DNA of 64,000 nucleotides from Takakia lepidozioides. Lineage: Eukaryota > Plantae > Bryophyta. Of this stretch, positions 36,640-51,146 are shown one piece after another. The notes below the pieces were generated by a model, which saw only the letters and a list, made by a program, of their open reading frames with translations, made no database searches and was not told where the DNA came from. Position 1 is the stretch's first letter; every line of letters begins with the position of its first letter. The stretch covers positions 57,908,001-57,972,000 of the forward strand of contig CM060734.1 of assembly GCA_030704615.1 (NCBI GenBank), given 5' to 3'. The translations under genes and the position numbers were made by a program.

Positions 36640-37154
36640 TTGTGTCCATAACCGGTTTTTCGAAGCATCTCGAGTACGTGTCTTCAAACCAATGGCTCAC
36701 TGGACGCTGGTTATAGGCGGTAACCTGCAATCCGCACAAGATTTGATAACCTTGGCTGTGCATGGATGTAAAAATTCGATAACCGGGCTGCGCATGGATG
36801 ACTGTCACATCGAGAATCGATAACCGGGCTATACATGGATGAACTGTCACTCTCGATGTTTCGAAAAACTGGTTATGTCCGGTAACCGGCTCGAGGCCAA
36901 CGGGTTACCGCCTGCAGCTTCGGCGCGGAAGCATCTCGTGTACGTGTCTTCAAATGACTGGCTCACTGGACGCTGGTTACAGGCGGTAACCTGCAATCCT
37001 CACAAGATTTGATAACATTGGCTGTGTGCATGGATGTAAAAATTCGATAACCGGGCTGCGCATGGATGAACTGTCACTCTCGATGTTCCGAAAAACTTGT
37101 TATGGACTAGGTAACCCGTTGGCCTCGAGCCGGTTACCTAGTCCATAGACCCTG
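36640..37154. mobile_element. Non-autonomous hAT-like element remnant with internal duplication and terminal hairpin
   Basis: The right end reads CAGGGTCTATGGAC on the minus strand. Perfect 16-bp IR TATGGACTAGGTAACC...GGTTACCTAGTCCATA at 37101-37147. 36661-36870 is duplicated at ~36926-37105. Many TAACCG motifs. Confidence 0.5.
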
Positions 37155-37264
37155 CACCCAGTTCGGGTGGAACAAGAGAGAAGAGAACTTGCAGTTCCCT
37201 AGGAACGTTGGCTTGCCATAGCCTTACGGCCATTGACCCCACGGGAAACTAACTCTCCCCGATC

Positions 37265-37395
37265 CCTCTTCTCCAGAATTTCATCTGCAGCTGGACCTGT
37301 ATACGGCTGTGTAATGTAATCGAAAGGAGGAATTTGAGGAGTGGGATGGTCGGACTGTGATACATTCGTATCCTCCACAGCTACAGATGACAGCC
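37265..37395 (-). pseudogene. Orphan exon of an alanine-glyoxylate aminotransferase 2 (AGT2/PYD4-like) gene
   Basis: PQIPPFDYITQPYTGPAADEILEKR resembles the N-terminal PPFDYxPxPYxGPxxxxIxxKR motif of plant AGT2. No downstream exons were found. Confidence 0.6.
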
Positions 37396-40300
37396 CTGGA
37401 GAGAACAATGATAGGTGGCCTACTGAGAGCAAATTTGATGGTAGCCATCCAGGCAATATTTGGCTATGCGATTTGCGGCACGCTGGGAAGAGAGCAATGC
37501 AAAACATGACAAGTGGGAAGGAGAGAGAGCAGTCGCAGAGCTGTGCAGGGACTTTACTAGGCTCCGACAACAGCAGTGGCTGCATTAGCCATGCAACTTT
37601 TTCTCTTTGCCCAGTTTGATCCCATGCAATGCACCATTGTTGGGCCCTAGGAAGACACAAAGGAAATCCACCGACTTTGAAGAACAAAGACCTTTGCACT
37701 GAGATGTGTCTTGCTTTAGATATGTTATATGTTGACCATTTCAGCTATAAGCTTACATACTATACTCTTCCTTTTCTCATGAACAGCAAGGAGGCTGTGC
37801 GCTGAGGATGATCGAGGGTCTCATGTGGATGATAGTAAACATTGTGAACAAACATTACCTACAAGACAGAAACCCAGCCCTGTTGGCTCCCATTTGTAGG
37901 CTGGCAGTTGGAGGGTCCACCCAACTGTATTTCACGTGCCCCCTTCAGGCGCCCGGCTCTCTGTCTCAGCATCCTGTACTGTTCGGGTGTTTCTTTGTTT
38001 TGTCTCTTCGTGTAAGGATAGCAAGAACCTCCGGCTGATGTAAAACTGCATTCTGCTGTTGAAGGACGTGGGTTTGATGGTTATGACCCCGTCTTGCTGA
38101 AGATGCCTCTGAAACTCGTGACTGCATGAGCAGTCACTTCTCGTTATCAAACTATCCAGGGGTGAGACGAACAGCTGGATTGAGCAGGGGAATGAGTTGA
38201 CCCACCAAGCGCGACAACCCTCACCGTCTTTTCCAGTGCGGCCTTTGTTCTTTCTTCCTCAAAATTGTGCGCTCTCGTTCAAAGGAAGCGGGATGCAAAG
38301 TGGGAGCTACCATTGCAACAAGCTCAAGGACTCGTGACGGATTTAATCAGTGGATACAGACGAAATGGGCAGCTACAGTCACTGCTGGCTGGGGGATAGT
38401 GACACTCGGATCAGGTACTAAAACACAGATAAACCAGAGAAAGCTCTAAGATGAAAGGGGGGAATAGTGATTCAAAATGATAATATCCAATACTCATTGC
38501 GCTGCTGACAACCTTATCAGGATACTAGCACATGTTCGGTGTTTTTTTCTGCCTCGTTGAATGGTCCCTCTGAATGGCTCTACCCTCCAGTTCCAAAGCT
38601 TGAATGTTTGAATTAGGTCTAACGTGATCCACCACGTCCTACGATCTAGTTTGTGCTTACATTGGTATGTGTCCTTGTGCACAGTTGACCATTATGGTGT
38701 GCTGCCCCTGCTGTATTCATCACCAGGGGTTCATCAGTTTGAACATCTTGCACCTTTGTCTGCTTTGACATTTGCAAGAGCAATACTCCATGGCCACATC
38801 GAAATTCCAGGCATTTTGGAATCATCCAGCAGGTCCTAAGACCAGTGAGTACACACTCTCTTCCTTCTTCCAGAGACCCTTTCTGCAAGATCTGGAACTG
38901 TACAACATAATAAGCACGTTGCAAGGTAGGGATGTTGGGCACCTTGACGATCAGCCATTTGTATCTGCTCGCAAGGGTATGGCTTAGATGGAGGAAAGAT
39001 GTAGGGAGATGGCTCTAATTTAGTACGTGTTGGGGTCTGCATGCAGTTTTCTTCTGGGCACCATTATCAAAGTGGGGCCTTGCATTTGTCAACGTTTCTG
39101 ACTTCAAAAAGCCAGCAGAAAAGATATCATACCCTCAACAAGCTGGTGGGTCTTCCATTCTGTCCAGTTTAACAGGAGCTGGTCTTAATCTCTTTCGTAC
39201 CCCTCCATCAAAGTGGCTTGTGGCCCATTGTTTGTAGCCTGTCCATCTTCCTGGTAAGTCAGAAATAAACACAGACCAAACATCTCCTTAACTGTTGCTG
39301 ACTTCCTTAGTTTGTGTATGTAAAACACGCAGGGCACCCTGCTGTGTCTTTTATATTGGCAACTGTCAGAACACTTGCAACTTCCTAACAAACCTGCAGC
39401 TGGGGGTGGGACGGGCTGGGTCTTCAGCACTTGCAGTGACTGGGGTCATTTGGGGGCGCTGGTCCACTATCATCAGCCCAGTACGTCATCCCTGCACTAC
39501 AGCATTTGATACACACTTGGGTACCTACGGCAATTACAGGATTGCTTCTGATCTGCTCATAATCTTTGCACGAACTTCCTTACAGGAGCTGTTGATGAGA
39601 TATGGTTTGACACTTACGAATAGTGATTCTCAAGTGACCATGTGGGCTCTGCTACAGGAAGTAGGAATTTCAGAACTACGAAGGGTTCAGGTTCCATTTT
39701 TAAATGAGAGAGTCCTATAACTAGAATTTCCTCTGGTTTGGGATGTGCTCTTTGGCAAACGAAAGATTATAAGAAGATTCAACTTGCTGCATGTGCTAAT
39801 CATGAGAAGTTGAATTGTTTTGGATCCAGAAAAACTGGAGCCTTTGCACCGTGAGCTTAGCCAATGCAGCTGCTGCCTTCTACCAGATGTCACGCAAACT
39901 TCGGTATTAAAATGCCGACAATGAACTCTATTCTTTGAGCATGTGGATAGTCTGATGCTTATTGTCCTGAAGACTCATATGTAATATTTGTGTAATGACA
40001 GGAGCGAACACGGGTAGTGGACCTCCAAGTTAACCAAGAAGTAAGTTTCTGGTAAATGGACCTAGTAGCTACTGTGGGACTTCATACAAGATTGTCTCAA
40101 GGCTTGTACTTGAAAGCCCACATTTCGTTCACTGCATCCTCGCGACCAACCAGGCTATTATTCTTCTGTCCTCTGGAAACTCGGCACTGACTTTGTCTGA
40201 TGAGGTAGAAGTTAGTAATTCTGAGGATGTGCCATTTATGTGGTGATCTCAATGCAGCCATAAATCCAGATACGATTCATATACTACGGTACATATTCCT

Positions 40301-41098
40301 CAAATTGACAGCTACACGTGCCCCTCCATGAAAGTTTTAGTTGATATTTGTTTGAAACCAGGACCCAGTGAAACTAGGTAATGTATATCCCTTCATTGAT
40401 TTTTCCCAAGAAGAACCAAAATGCGTTTATTAAGATAGAAGAAGAAAAAAATTGAAAAGAGCCTACATCAATTACAGGATTTTCTGCTCCCTGGAACTCA
40501 GGGTGTTGAAGAAGTTTGGAGAGGAATTTGTCCAATTTTTTAATGGTCCTGTAGTGAAAACCATAGGACATTTTAAGGAAAAATGGAATCCCCAACAGAG
40601 TGGGGAAGGAATTTTCACATTCTGTGACTGAGGAATCTGTGACAAACTGCAACACTCTTAGTAAACATAACTCACATCAGGTTCTATGGTGTTCCAGAGT
40701 TGAGAAATCCTCGAGACATATGTCAACTGGAGGTAGTGGATGAGCCACAAATTTGGCATATCACAGCTTCAGTTGCCAGATCTCACAGTGATTTGAACCT
40801 GCACAACAATAGGCTCTTCCATTGAAGCCCATGACTGAAGACCTGATCAAAGGCTGGGCACCTTCTGACCACAAAAATACAAAGCCAAAGGCCCTGAACG
40901 CATGGGAAAGTTCACAGGTGACACATGCGTACAGTAGGTGTATATCTTGGAGTGTTGCACTACATGACAAGCTGATCAGAGATCCACCATTATTGCTTAC
41001 ATTGGATGGGTCGACCTCGATCAGCGCACATCTACCGGAAATCAACCAGTTATTCAGCTCTGATCTTGAGCATGCTCGTGCACAAGCTTATTCTTAAT

Positions 41099-43455
41099 CT
41101 AAGAGAGGGAAAGCGCAGCAAGAGCTCGAATGTTCATTGGGTAAGCGTATGTAGGTCCACCGGAGTAGAATCGGTTTCCAAGCACGATGTTCGCTGAATC
41201 TGTGGGGTGGTATGGGTCCCAAAACAGGTGCCCTTTTCTGTCTGAACAGTGGGGCACCCCTTGGAAGCATGGAAGAACTCCCCGGTAAGGTCCTATGAGA
41301 AGTCCACAGCACGCAGAATCAACCGAATTAAGCCCTGCAATGCCACAAGGTTGCAATCTGTCAGCATTGTCTGCCTCTCTCCGCCTCTCAGATGAGATCA
41401 ATAGTCCCCTGTCCGTGAGATTAAGATTCTTTCCTTCAGCCTTGAGCAATCAATAGTTTGGCAACCCTGGATTTTACCTGCTGTCTGCTGTCCCATAGTT
41501 GAATCAGCACTTGGCGTTAGAAAGATTATTTTTTTTCTTCGCTCACTACGAACGACGGATATAGCAGCACCCTCTCTATCGTACTTGGAAGGGTGTCCAC
41601 ACCTCAACCTCAGCCTTAGCACGAGAAGGTCTAGATACATACCGTAGGTAGCAGGATTGTTGATCAGACTTGACACAACGTTATAAGCATTTGCAACAAT
41701 AAATCTTGCGTGTGGGAAGTTCGCGTTGAGTTCGTCCACCATCCCAGCAAGGGCAACGTTGAAATTCTTGACCAGGAGATTGTCGCTTGCTACACATTGC
41801 CCCCCTTGCTTCAAAGCAAAGGTGAGGCGGTAGGGAGTGCATCCAAGAGGTCCAACATTCGCAAGGACAAATTTGCGAGCACCCAAGGCAACCAATTGCT
41901 GTGCAGTGCAACAGAGTTTAAGATGAGAGGTCTACGATGAAAACAGATGAACCGTAACTAGTCCACAGCATGCTAAATTGCATGCACAACAATCATTCGA
42001 GTACTTACGCATAGAACTTTACGAGACTTCACCACATTCAGAGGCCCGGCAAGTCCGCACTTTAGTCTAGCCATTGAATCTGAAATTACTTCTTATCAGA
42101 CGGCATTGTACATGTCCACGTTCAAAATATACCTGGAAGGCTACCAAGAGCTTGTAAATGTTTCTCGGTGAAGTTAGTTTGAGGAGGGGTGGGGAGGGCG
42201 AGATCAAAGCTCATGGGCCCAAAATAATAGCGATTCGAACGGTGTTTCAACTTGTAAGCCCTTACACTTGAAAAATCTTAGGCTGGAAATGATGAACTTT
42301 TCACCCTCTAGATAGCCTTGAGGTGGAGAGGAGACAAGGAGAGACAGGGGTCATTGCGGCTCACCTGCATGTATCGACGATAATTGCTGATGATCATGTC
42401 CTGAAATTGTTGGGGGGTATATTCCTTTGGTGAAGGAGACCCGACGACCAGCCAGTTGTTGAGGTAATCATTGGATCCCATTGTAACCGAGAAAAGAGCT
42501 TTCCCTATGAGCTCAGCTCCTGCAGTAGGACCCAGAAGCTGAAAGATTTCCTGGCTAGTATTGGCAAAATTCGCAACCTGCCGGCCCATGGGAATACGAT
42601 GGATCTGCACGAAAGTGACAGATATTAGAGATGACGAAGAAGAGAGAGATAGGAAGTAAGGATGAGCTAGCTATCTAGAGATACAACGCCTTCCGCAGGC
42701 AGTTCCCCCGGAATGCATACTAGAACATTAACAGGTGGGTAGTGGGTCTACCTTGGAGAGAGAGACTCGGCAGTTTTAAGCCGCAACTGGTGCTAAAGAG
42801 AGCAATGAACAAACAGAAACAATGCTCGGTACAGAACATCCGAAACTTACAAAATTGTATCCAGTGAAGTCAAGGATCCCAGCCCCTCCTGACGCAAAGT
42901 TGACCCCTTTCAGAATAGCAGGGCCTTTCGTAGTAGGGTCCAGGTAAGCAGGGGCAAATGGCAATCCCAGCAGCTGCCCTGCCATATCCAATCAAATAAG
43001 AGTTAGGCAGCTTGAGCACCTCTCTCTCTCTCTCTCCTGATCTTCTCCCTTAAGCTAAACTGATAAGATGATATCTAACATCGTGGAAAACAGTGGCTCA
43101 CATAACACTGTCGATTAGTCTAGAGATGGATACGCCGTGCTCTAGAGAGACATCTGAAACTTGAGGAGTACAACACGGCCCACAAGGGATACGCACCCAC
43201 AATATCCGGGACAGTCCGTCCATTGGTAAATCTTCCAGTCGCCACACCGCCTTCGAAATCAATTCCATTTGCAGGATGATTTGCTGTAGCAAGAGAGCCG
43301 ATATAATTATTGTTCCCAGCATCCACAAGGGAATCACCAAAGACAAATGAGGCGGGGACTGCACTTTGAGCCAACCCCGTGCGAAACAAGAGAGAGAAAA
43401 CAATCAAAGTGAAACTCGATTTGAGTGCTCTCCGCAGGCATGAAGACAACCCCAT
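41099..43455 (-). CDS. GDSL esterase/lipase, 5 exons (~43455-43199, 42978-42850, 42604-42365, 41898-41643, 41334-41099)
   Basis: Signal-peptide-like N-terminus; FVFGDSLVDAGNNN (block I), ATGRFTNG, GVNFASGGAG, MGSNDY, NVGPLGCTP and LFWDPYHPT (DxxH); canonical GT-AG introns. Confidence 0.95.
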
Positions 43456-46400
43456 GGCTAAGATGGCTGCGACCACCTGTTGGAGACAATTCAACAAGAT
43501 TTCAAGTTTTCATACTCCGCCAAAATGTAGCAATACATATACGCCCACTAACTTAACAGCTTAGACTCTAAATGGGTTTCAGTCCAGATGATTGCACTTC
43601 CACGTAGCAAAACTACAATACATTGAGATATACTTCACAAGTTGCACATTAGTTTCCTTGATCTACGAAGTGCAAGTAGGATTAGACTGTTCAGGCGTTA
43701 CAAGTATACATGTCAACTTGTCAAGTACTCCGGCTCAACCGAACACGGGTGTCTCCAGAATGTCCACATGAAGGTGCCTATCGCATTCCTCTCTATTGTG
43801 TAGGATCCAATCAACCAGCGGTGCTGTTGTGATAGTACTGTAGTCCTGATGACAATGCAGCAAAAAAATTGAATGTTTTTGAAAGCTGTCCCTCAGCTCA
43901 TACTTTCAATCAACATTCAATCTCTATCTTACGTACGAAGCAATATTGTCAAGAAAACGTTTGCAAGAGAAGTGAATTTGAGGTAAACAACTTAAAAACT
44001 CTGGTTGACACGCACCAGCCTACAGCAACCAGAAGAGGTCTACATCAGCACAGTGCAGAGCAGCGCAGTGTAAGTCATGTCCAGACTAGTATGATCGACT
44101 GAGCTCCTTGAAGCTTATGTGTGGAATACTTAACGTACCGGTCCCGTGCCTTCTGCCAAAGTTTGGGCAAGTAGATTTGGATCACTCGCTCGGGTCAAGC
44201 TGTGTATGTCACAGGCATGATGCACTCAGTGTCGGATGCACTCACCGTAGAGAGAATATGCAGGCTATAGAACAAGAGCTTAGAGAACCTCTAAAGAGAC
44301 GGGGAAGACATCGTTAGATGCCTATAGGTTCAAGAGTTGGCTAGATAGAACTTGTCGAGAAAAATAAATGTACGCAGATAATTACTAGACCGTAAGAAGA
44401 AAGAAAGAGTCCACTAGATGCTGCAGGTATAGCTGGTAGAGGGAGGAAGCTGTGTCGAGTACAATATCTACAGGACTTATCTCAAAGAGAGAGAAGGAGC
44501 TCCTTTCGAATAAGTAGTGAGGAAGTAGATGACCTGACAGCCTATAGAAGCTGGATAGAAAGACAGAATGTGGCGGGAACTAGTTAGAGTACCTTGAAAG
44601 TGAGAGGTGAACTTAACAGGTCTCACCTAAATTGAACGAGGAGAAGGAAAGAGACACGAGAAAGCTGGGAAAAGGGGGAGCGCGACAGGCAGAAGGAGGG
44701 AGAGGGAGAGCGAGGGTGGCGGCGGCGAGAGTGAGGCAATAACTCGGCCTTATAGGATGGGCGAGGGCTTTTAAGGACACTGCTTAAGGGCCCACCGCAC
44801 CCCTACAATAGATCCATACTAGCTTATTACGACTGTCGAACAAACAAGAACAAGTAACAGACATCAAAAAATGATGCTGTCAGACAGATCTCAGGAACTC
44901 TCAGAACTTTCGATTCTTGTGCCCACTAGGCTAGCTCCCATGATTTGTTTGGTCAGTAGGAAGACCGAAGAATACGACGTATTCTGCAGCGTATACTAAA
45001 TGTATCCCACTGATCTGAAGTCTCCTCAAGTTTTCGCCCTTGTTTTGATCTCAAGCTGAAGATGGGTTGCTCCGGCCGGGCAAACAATCAGTAAAAATAA
45101 GAGTGACCCTTTTCTTTTCCCTATTACTTCTCTCTTCAAGTGCATGCTGGACTGCATCATGCACTTTAGCCATGATCATCGGGTTCCAAATGGCTCGAGT
45201 CAAATGCACAGAGTCATAGGAACGCCCAGTGCGATACTCGAGGAACAGCGCAACAGGGATTACCTGAAGTGAGAAGAGAATAGAAAAGAACCCAGTAACA
45301 ACTGTGAACGAGGTGTAAAGGAGCCAGCTGCACCTAGTAGTGTGCTGTAATGCCCAACCTGCCCTTGCCTTTCATAAATACCAACACTGCTTCTCATTAA
45401 TGCTTCCTCGTCCCCTAATCTGTTCCTAATTTGCAGGCTGATGCCTCGCCCTTTGTTCTTTTCCTCATCTCTGTTTTGTGTTTTGGTACTATTTGCTTCG
45501 CTTGGGGCCTTGGGCAAAAGTCTATAATAAGTTACCCCAAATCTGTGAAGGGCATTCAATAAGGGTCATCAACCATGACTATTGTAAGTACCCAAATAAA
45601 TACTGTATGGTTTTTGCAAGCTGGGTGAGGGAGTCAATACAATTGTGTAGTAGACATACCGACAATCTCGTCCAACCTCAGTTTTCCGGGGCATGCACTT
45701 AAAGTTTTGGATCCGGACTGCCAGATCCCTTCATTCAGACCCGTTTTGGATCCAATTCGCATTTGGTATTGAGTTGACAGTAAATGTGATGAGGAAGATG
45801 GGATGCCACCCTTGAGTCGCATTTGCAACAACAGTTCTGCCAACAACATGACTACCATTCAATCGGAAAACCCCCCCAAGCAGTCAATCTTCTTCATGCC
45901 TTCGATTTTATGTTTGAGGACGAGGAATGCAAAATATGTACAGTTCAATGTGCGAGAAGCACGCAGCTGCCATGCACGGCATTATGACAGGTACACGGCA
46001 TACAGGGGAGCCTCCACCAACCAGTGAACCCACCACGAAAGAGACTCGACAGAGGACTTAATGCTTTATGCTTCTCTGCTGCTGCCTGGCTGTAATTGCA
46101 TTCTAAATATATATGTTGTGCTCGTGCACATGTTGGGTAATCGTCGGACTCTCGATATCCTCTGGCAGGGCTCCTTCAACGGCTCCATGCCACTTGGTAC
46201 TATTGTTTACCTTTGACTGTAGCTGCGATTTAGTTGTCGACAAGACGATAGGCCCATACAAACTTTGAGCTCCAGATGTGTACAAATTCAAGCTTCAGTG
46301 CAACTGAAGCTCCTCTGACACAGTGATTGGCTGAAAACCAACCAGTCTGCCTAGAGCAATGTGGACATGCGGAAAGGGAAAGTTACAGTGAGATAGTAGG

Positions 46401-47995
46401 TGCATTGATTGGCGGTGTGCGGTGCACTTTGGCTTTGATCGCAGGGGTCCGAAATCCCCACAAGATACTACCTACCCCTTACGGAGATGGCGGCGATTGT
46501 GGGATCTATATATACCATCAAGGTGTCATCCGAGTCAACCATGCACAGAAGCATGCTGCAAATTCGTTTCAGTGTCTTCTGTGAGGAATACAGACAGGGA
46601 CACACATGCTCAGTGTTGGTACTGTCGCCTTCCGCCCTATGGATCACACTCTCATCAGGCTGGTTGTGAGCTTTTTCACAACGCAGACGACTGATTGTGA
46701 CTGATTGTGAGTTTTTAGGATCCAACCGGTTGGTTCAAGTGATTCCGCGGTTGCTACTGACCGCAAATTCAGCCAAAGTGAGAGAGAGATGCGGATGCAG
46801 GAGAGCTTGACAAATCTTTGCTTCACCTCCTTGCAAGAGCCTTCTTTTGGCAAAATAGAATTGCTCCTTTAGGGCAAATGGAATGAAAACGTAGAGACCT
46901 ACGATTCATGAAGCGGTGGACATCGGTGGAGCCGTAAGTAGGGGATTTTAGAAGCAGGTTAGGGAAAACTCTGTGGTCGCAATATTGCAGCTTGAAGCAC
47001 ATCTTTCTTCTGCAGGTGCATTCACCGTGCACACAGCTTTCCCTCTGCAGGACCCATGGTTTCCAACTCACAAACCGTAACCTAGTATAGCAATACAAGA
47101 GAAGGGCAAGAAGGATACCCTCTCAGCACCCAAAGAGGAAGGACATACATCCCATGAAAGAAAGAAACGTAACAGAGTTTAACGAAGCTCACCCGAAGCT
47201 CAGGTTTTGCTCATGGACATGATCGCTGTCATTCCATCTTATCGTCAAGAATGCAGCACTATGTCGTGAGACGTAGGTCTTATAACCTGCATATTATCAG
47301 TTAGATTGTGGGCGAACACTTCACCATATCGGACGCATCAAGAAGAGCAAGAAAGTTGGGTTGTATGTGCATGACACACTTCTCTCGGCTTTTAGATGGT
47401 TTCCTCCATATAGATATATATCTGCATCGTCTGGGATTAACTTAAGATTCGCCCCCCAAATCCCTTCAACACCATTTCTCTAACTCTCTGGACTGGGGAC
47501 CAAGAGAGTCACAGAGAGTGCGGGAAGCAGCAGGAAAAGGGGTGAATGCACGCCCGCAGCTGCAGTCGAGAGAAGCGTCAATGGGCAGCTCGCTTGGCGG
47601 CGGTAGGGGGTCATCCCGCTGGCCCAAAAACTATTGAGCCTCTTTCAACTGTTGTGGACGTCAGTTTGTGGCTGTTTTGGTGGGTCTTCTTGTTATGGGC
47701 TGGACCGATTTCAGAACCGGGCCTATCAGGGTGGGTATAATTGATTCTCTCCCTCCCCTCACTGTTCCGTCTCTGTCTATTCTGGACCTCCAGTAAAGGT
47801 GTTGCTAATGCTTTAAAGAGTGTACCCTTGATTAATGTGATGCCTGCTGCAAGGGTGGATCCTGGCCCAGGCATGTCTCTGCCCTATTTCTTTCAATTAT
47901 TTGCTCTATTGCCGCCACCATTGAGCTGGCATGGGGCGGTGACTTTCAAGCCCTCCAGCAGTGACACTCAGGCAGAGGCTGCATGATTGAAATTG

Positions 47996-48848
47996 TCATT
48001 GTTTGCAGCAGTGCACAAAAGCAGATTTTAATTGTACAGACATCGTCTCTGAGGCACTTACGATGCATGGGACAGCACCTATGCCTGGAGTTTGCTGTCT
48101 TCTAGGTTTCATTTGAGTTCTTAGGCAATGAATCTCTATACACAATTGTATGTCCAACATCAGACATCCTATGTTAATCGACTCTATATCTTGGAAACAG
48201 GAACTTAGCCCTGTCAAACAGGCTAAATCTTGGCAGAAGAGAGTAGAAGAGAATCTTAAGGATCTGAACCTTAATCCGCAAGTCTTAACCCTGCTGGATA
48301 AATCTGACTTAAGAGGCTGTAGTGGATCCAAAGCCATGTCTGTTGCCAGGAAATTGTCTGATGAAAATGAAGTTAGGCACAAAACTTCCCTTAACTTGTT
48401 TCCAGTCTGTGACATGGGGGACGACATCATGGATGACCTCAAGGATCTAACCACTCTCGGCACTAGACTGAAATTTAATTAACTCAGGGCGGGAAGCCTA
48501 CCTTTGAACAGCAAACAGAAGCAGAGAGGAAAGGGAGAGTGCAATTGCCCGTTGTGTGGGCAACCTGAAGACAATATTCATTTTCTGATTCATTTTCTGG
48601 GGTTCTCTTACCAGAGAGACGCTCTCCTCAAATCTATCAAGGGAATTGTGCCTGTATCTCTGTTTACCAACTTTGAAAGTCTCGAGGCTGAGCGAAAAGC
48701 CCAGGCCCTTTTGGGGCCTAGTTACTGGGCAAACCACACACAGCAGATTGATTTGTCAAGGGATTTCTAGAGGATATCTGGGAAACCCGGATCCATTGTT
48801 TATTCCAAGGTAAGTCTTACTACCGGTGTCAGCCCTGACAAAGGTAGG
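47996..48848 (+). mobile_element. LINE (RTE-X/L2-like) ORF2 3' fragment with C-terminal zinc knuckle
   Basis: LGTRLKF..RAGSLPLNSKQ...CNCPLCGQPEDNIHFLIH is a CCHC-type knuckle. Related copies at 9464 and 34510. Confidence 0.72.
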
Positions 48849-50338
48849 GTGTCCGACTTTCTCTCCACGAACGGTTTCACTTCTCTGGTGCCCAGTGGCC
48901 TCCTAGATTTCCGAATTTCCACGGCTCACTTCATGCTACGTTTTTGAGGTCTACATGAGTGTTTTCTAGGGCTAAGAATTTTATAGCCGGGTGTGAAGGA
49001 TCTCGTGCTACAAACGTATACTCATGCGACTGGTAAGCTTGACAACTTTCGAGGTACTGTCCTGAAAAGAGTATGGACATCTGTCTGTAAGGTGATAATC
49101 CGCCCCTTGCTCCGAAGGGCACACATCTTGGGCAGTGGAGACATTAGCTTCAGTTGTTGACAGACTTTTTGCGAAATGTGCAGGATGTGCTAAACAGACA
49201 AATAGAAATGTATTGAATGTGTAGCCTTGGATGTGTTTGCTAGATGCTTGATGGAGTCCTGAATATGCAGTCATCTTTATACTTCAAATTGGCTGTTGGG
49301 ACACAAGTCTTAGTGATGGACACCAATGTCAGGTTTTGGCCTGGGAAGGATGACGTTGCAATTTACCTACTCAACTATATTCATTATTCAAGTGTTATGG
49401 AAGAACTGTGCAGGGTGGATCACCAGAAGATCACATGACATAGAATGACTCATGCCCTTTGATCTTTGCTTTGCAACACAAGTTTCATCCTTGGTTGGAG
49501 AAACCTGAAAAGCTGGAAAATGGTACTGAATCACATTCTATGATACTCTTCTACTGCTTTTAGTTTTTCACATTCAACTTCCTGTTGCACAGCCCCACAG
49601 CACTATCCCATGAGACTACTGAGGACTTTCTGCATTCAATTGCAGCAATCCTTTTATTTCTAGTTGGACATTGTCACCACAGATGTTCATTTGCATAGCA
49701 TTAGTATTGTCTGTGAGGATGCTGCTATCAGTGTTTTGAGCCAAACTTTCTTCATTGGTACCTGCTGTCTATGCCATGGATATGCCCCTATGTCATAGAT
49801 AGTTACAGGGATGTGTTGGGACCATTACTCATGCTGAAGGCTCTTGCTATAGGGAGACCTAAGAAGTTCTGGCTGTCCAGCCAGAGCATTTCTTTGACTC
49901 AAAAATTTCACCTCAAAACTTATGCAGAAGGAAATTAACAACTGGACATCTCATACGAAGGAAACTTGAGGTTCAATGCAAGATAACTAACTGTTTCCTA
50001 AAAGGACATAACAGCTCGAGATTATGAGATGCAAACAATTGAGGTTTGGTATTGCATGGGCATCCTTGATTCTTGTCATGTCTGCTGGAAGGCATGTTCT
50101 TGGGGGAATGGAAGTGAGGAGCTTTTGTGTGGTTCTCTGGGAGGATTACTTAAACGCCTGCGGTGAGTAGGGGTTTTGTTCCAAGCTTAGAGAAGTTCTG
50201 ACAGCACATTAATGATATGGACCTGGGTCAATTTGCTACTAACTCTTTTCCCTTTATCAAAAAAAAAAAAAAAAACACTCTTTCTTCAACTTAGAAAAAA
50301 GTACCATTTCATTTCATTTTTAACTTAGAAAGAGAGGG

Positions 50339-51146
50339 TAGTGTTGGCCGGTTATAAGAATTTTACATATCCGTCGGTTAAGGTTACTTCAATATTTTTG
50401 GGATGGACACACTCCATGGTTATGTATAAGGATAAATTTTTTATTTTAATATATCCACCTGTTATCTATTCTACAAAATTCTTCAAATTTTGACGGTTAT
50501 GAATAGGACGGTTAGAGGTGTCCTAAAATTGGCGGATATATATGCAATTGGCGGTTACATATAATATATTGAATGGGCACTTGTATTTCTTAATGATTTT
50601 TGTTAAAAATAATCAATTCCCACATGACATCCAAATGAACCTTTAATAAAGATGAGTAATAGATAGATAATGCTAGAATGCTCCAAGTACATGAGAGATT
50701 TGTCCACAATGACAAATAAAATGACTAGAGTAAGAAAGGAAGAAAGTCAAAGAGGGAAGTTGGCTAACATTTAACATATATTTAACATAGCATTAAGTTA
50801 TACATACTGAGCGCACCTCTTGCAAAAGTTGTCAATACTGAGGCATGCAAGCAATCGATGCAGCTGCGTTGTGTGAGGAGGAAGGCAATCATGGCAATCA
50901 ATGCAGTTGAGAAACGTGTCCTATACTGTAACCGCTCTAGGGGTGGTCAAAACGCCTTACTAATCGAGTATACACTGCAGTGCTAACCTTAATATAACAT
51001 ATACATATACATACTCACCTCCCAACCGTCGGGTATCTATTTGCTCTGTTTTGTAAAAATACCCTGTATGCGGTTATGTATACCTACTAACCGGGGTGGT
51101 AACCGACTCACTAACCGGGGTAAAGTGCTATACCTGGCCAACACAG
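50339..51146. mobile_element. Possible AT-rich MITE with imperfect TIRs
   Basis: GTGTTGGCCGGTTATA at 50341 vs TATACCTGGCCAACAC at ~51129-51144, with subterminal CGGTTA/TAACCG motifs. No TSD seen. Confidence 0.4.

Noticed and set aside
37800-40300. Possible decayed gene (exon-like pieces on the minus strand)
   Set aside because: No recognisable domain or consistent frame by eye; needs TBLASTX.
45600-47200. Short ORFs, including an HNRRHLR string reminiscent of a gypsy integrase tail
   Set aside because: No supporting RT, RNase H or integrase motifs and no LTRs.
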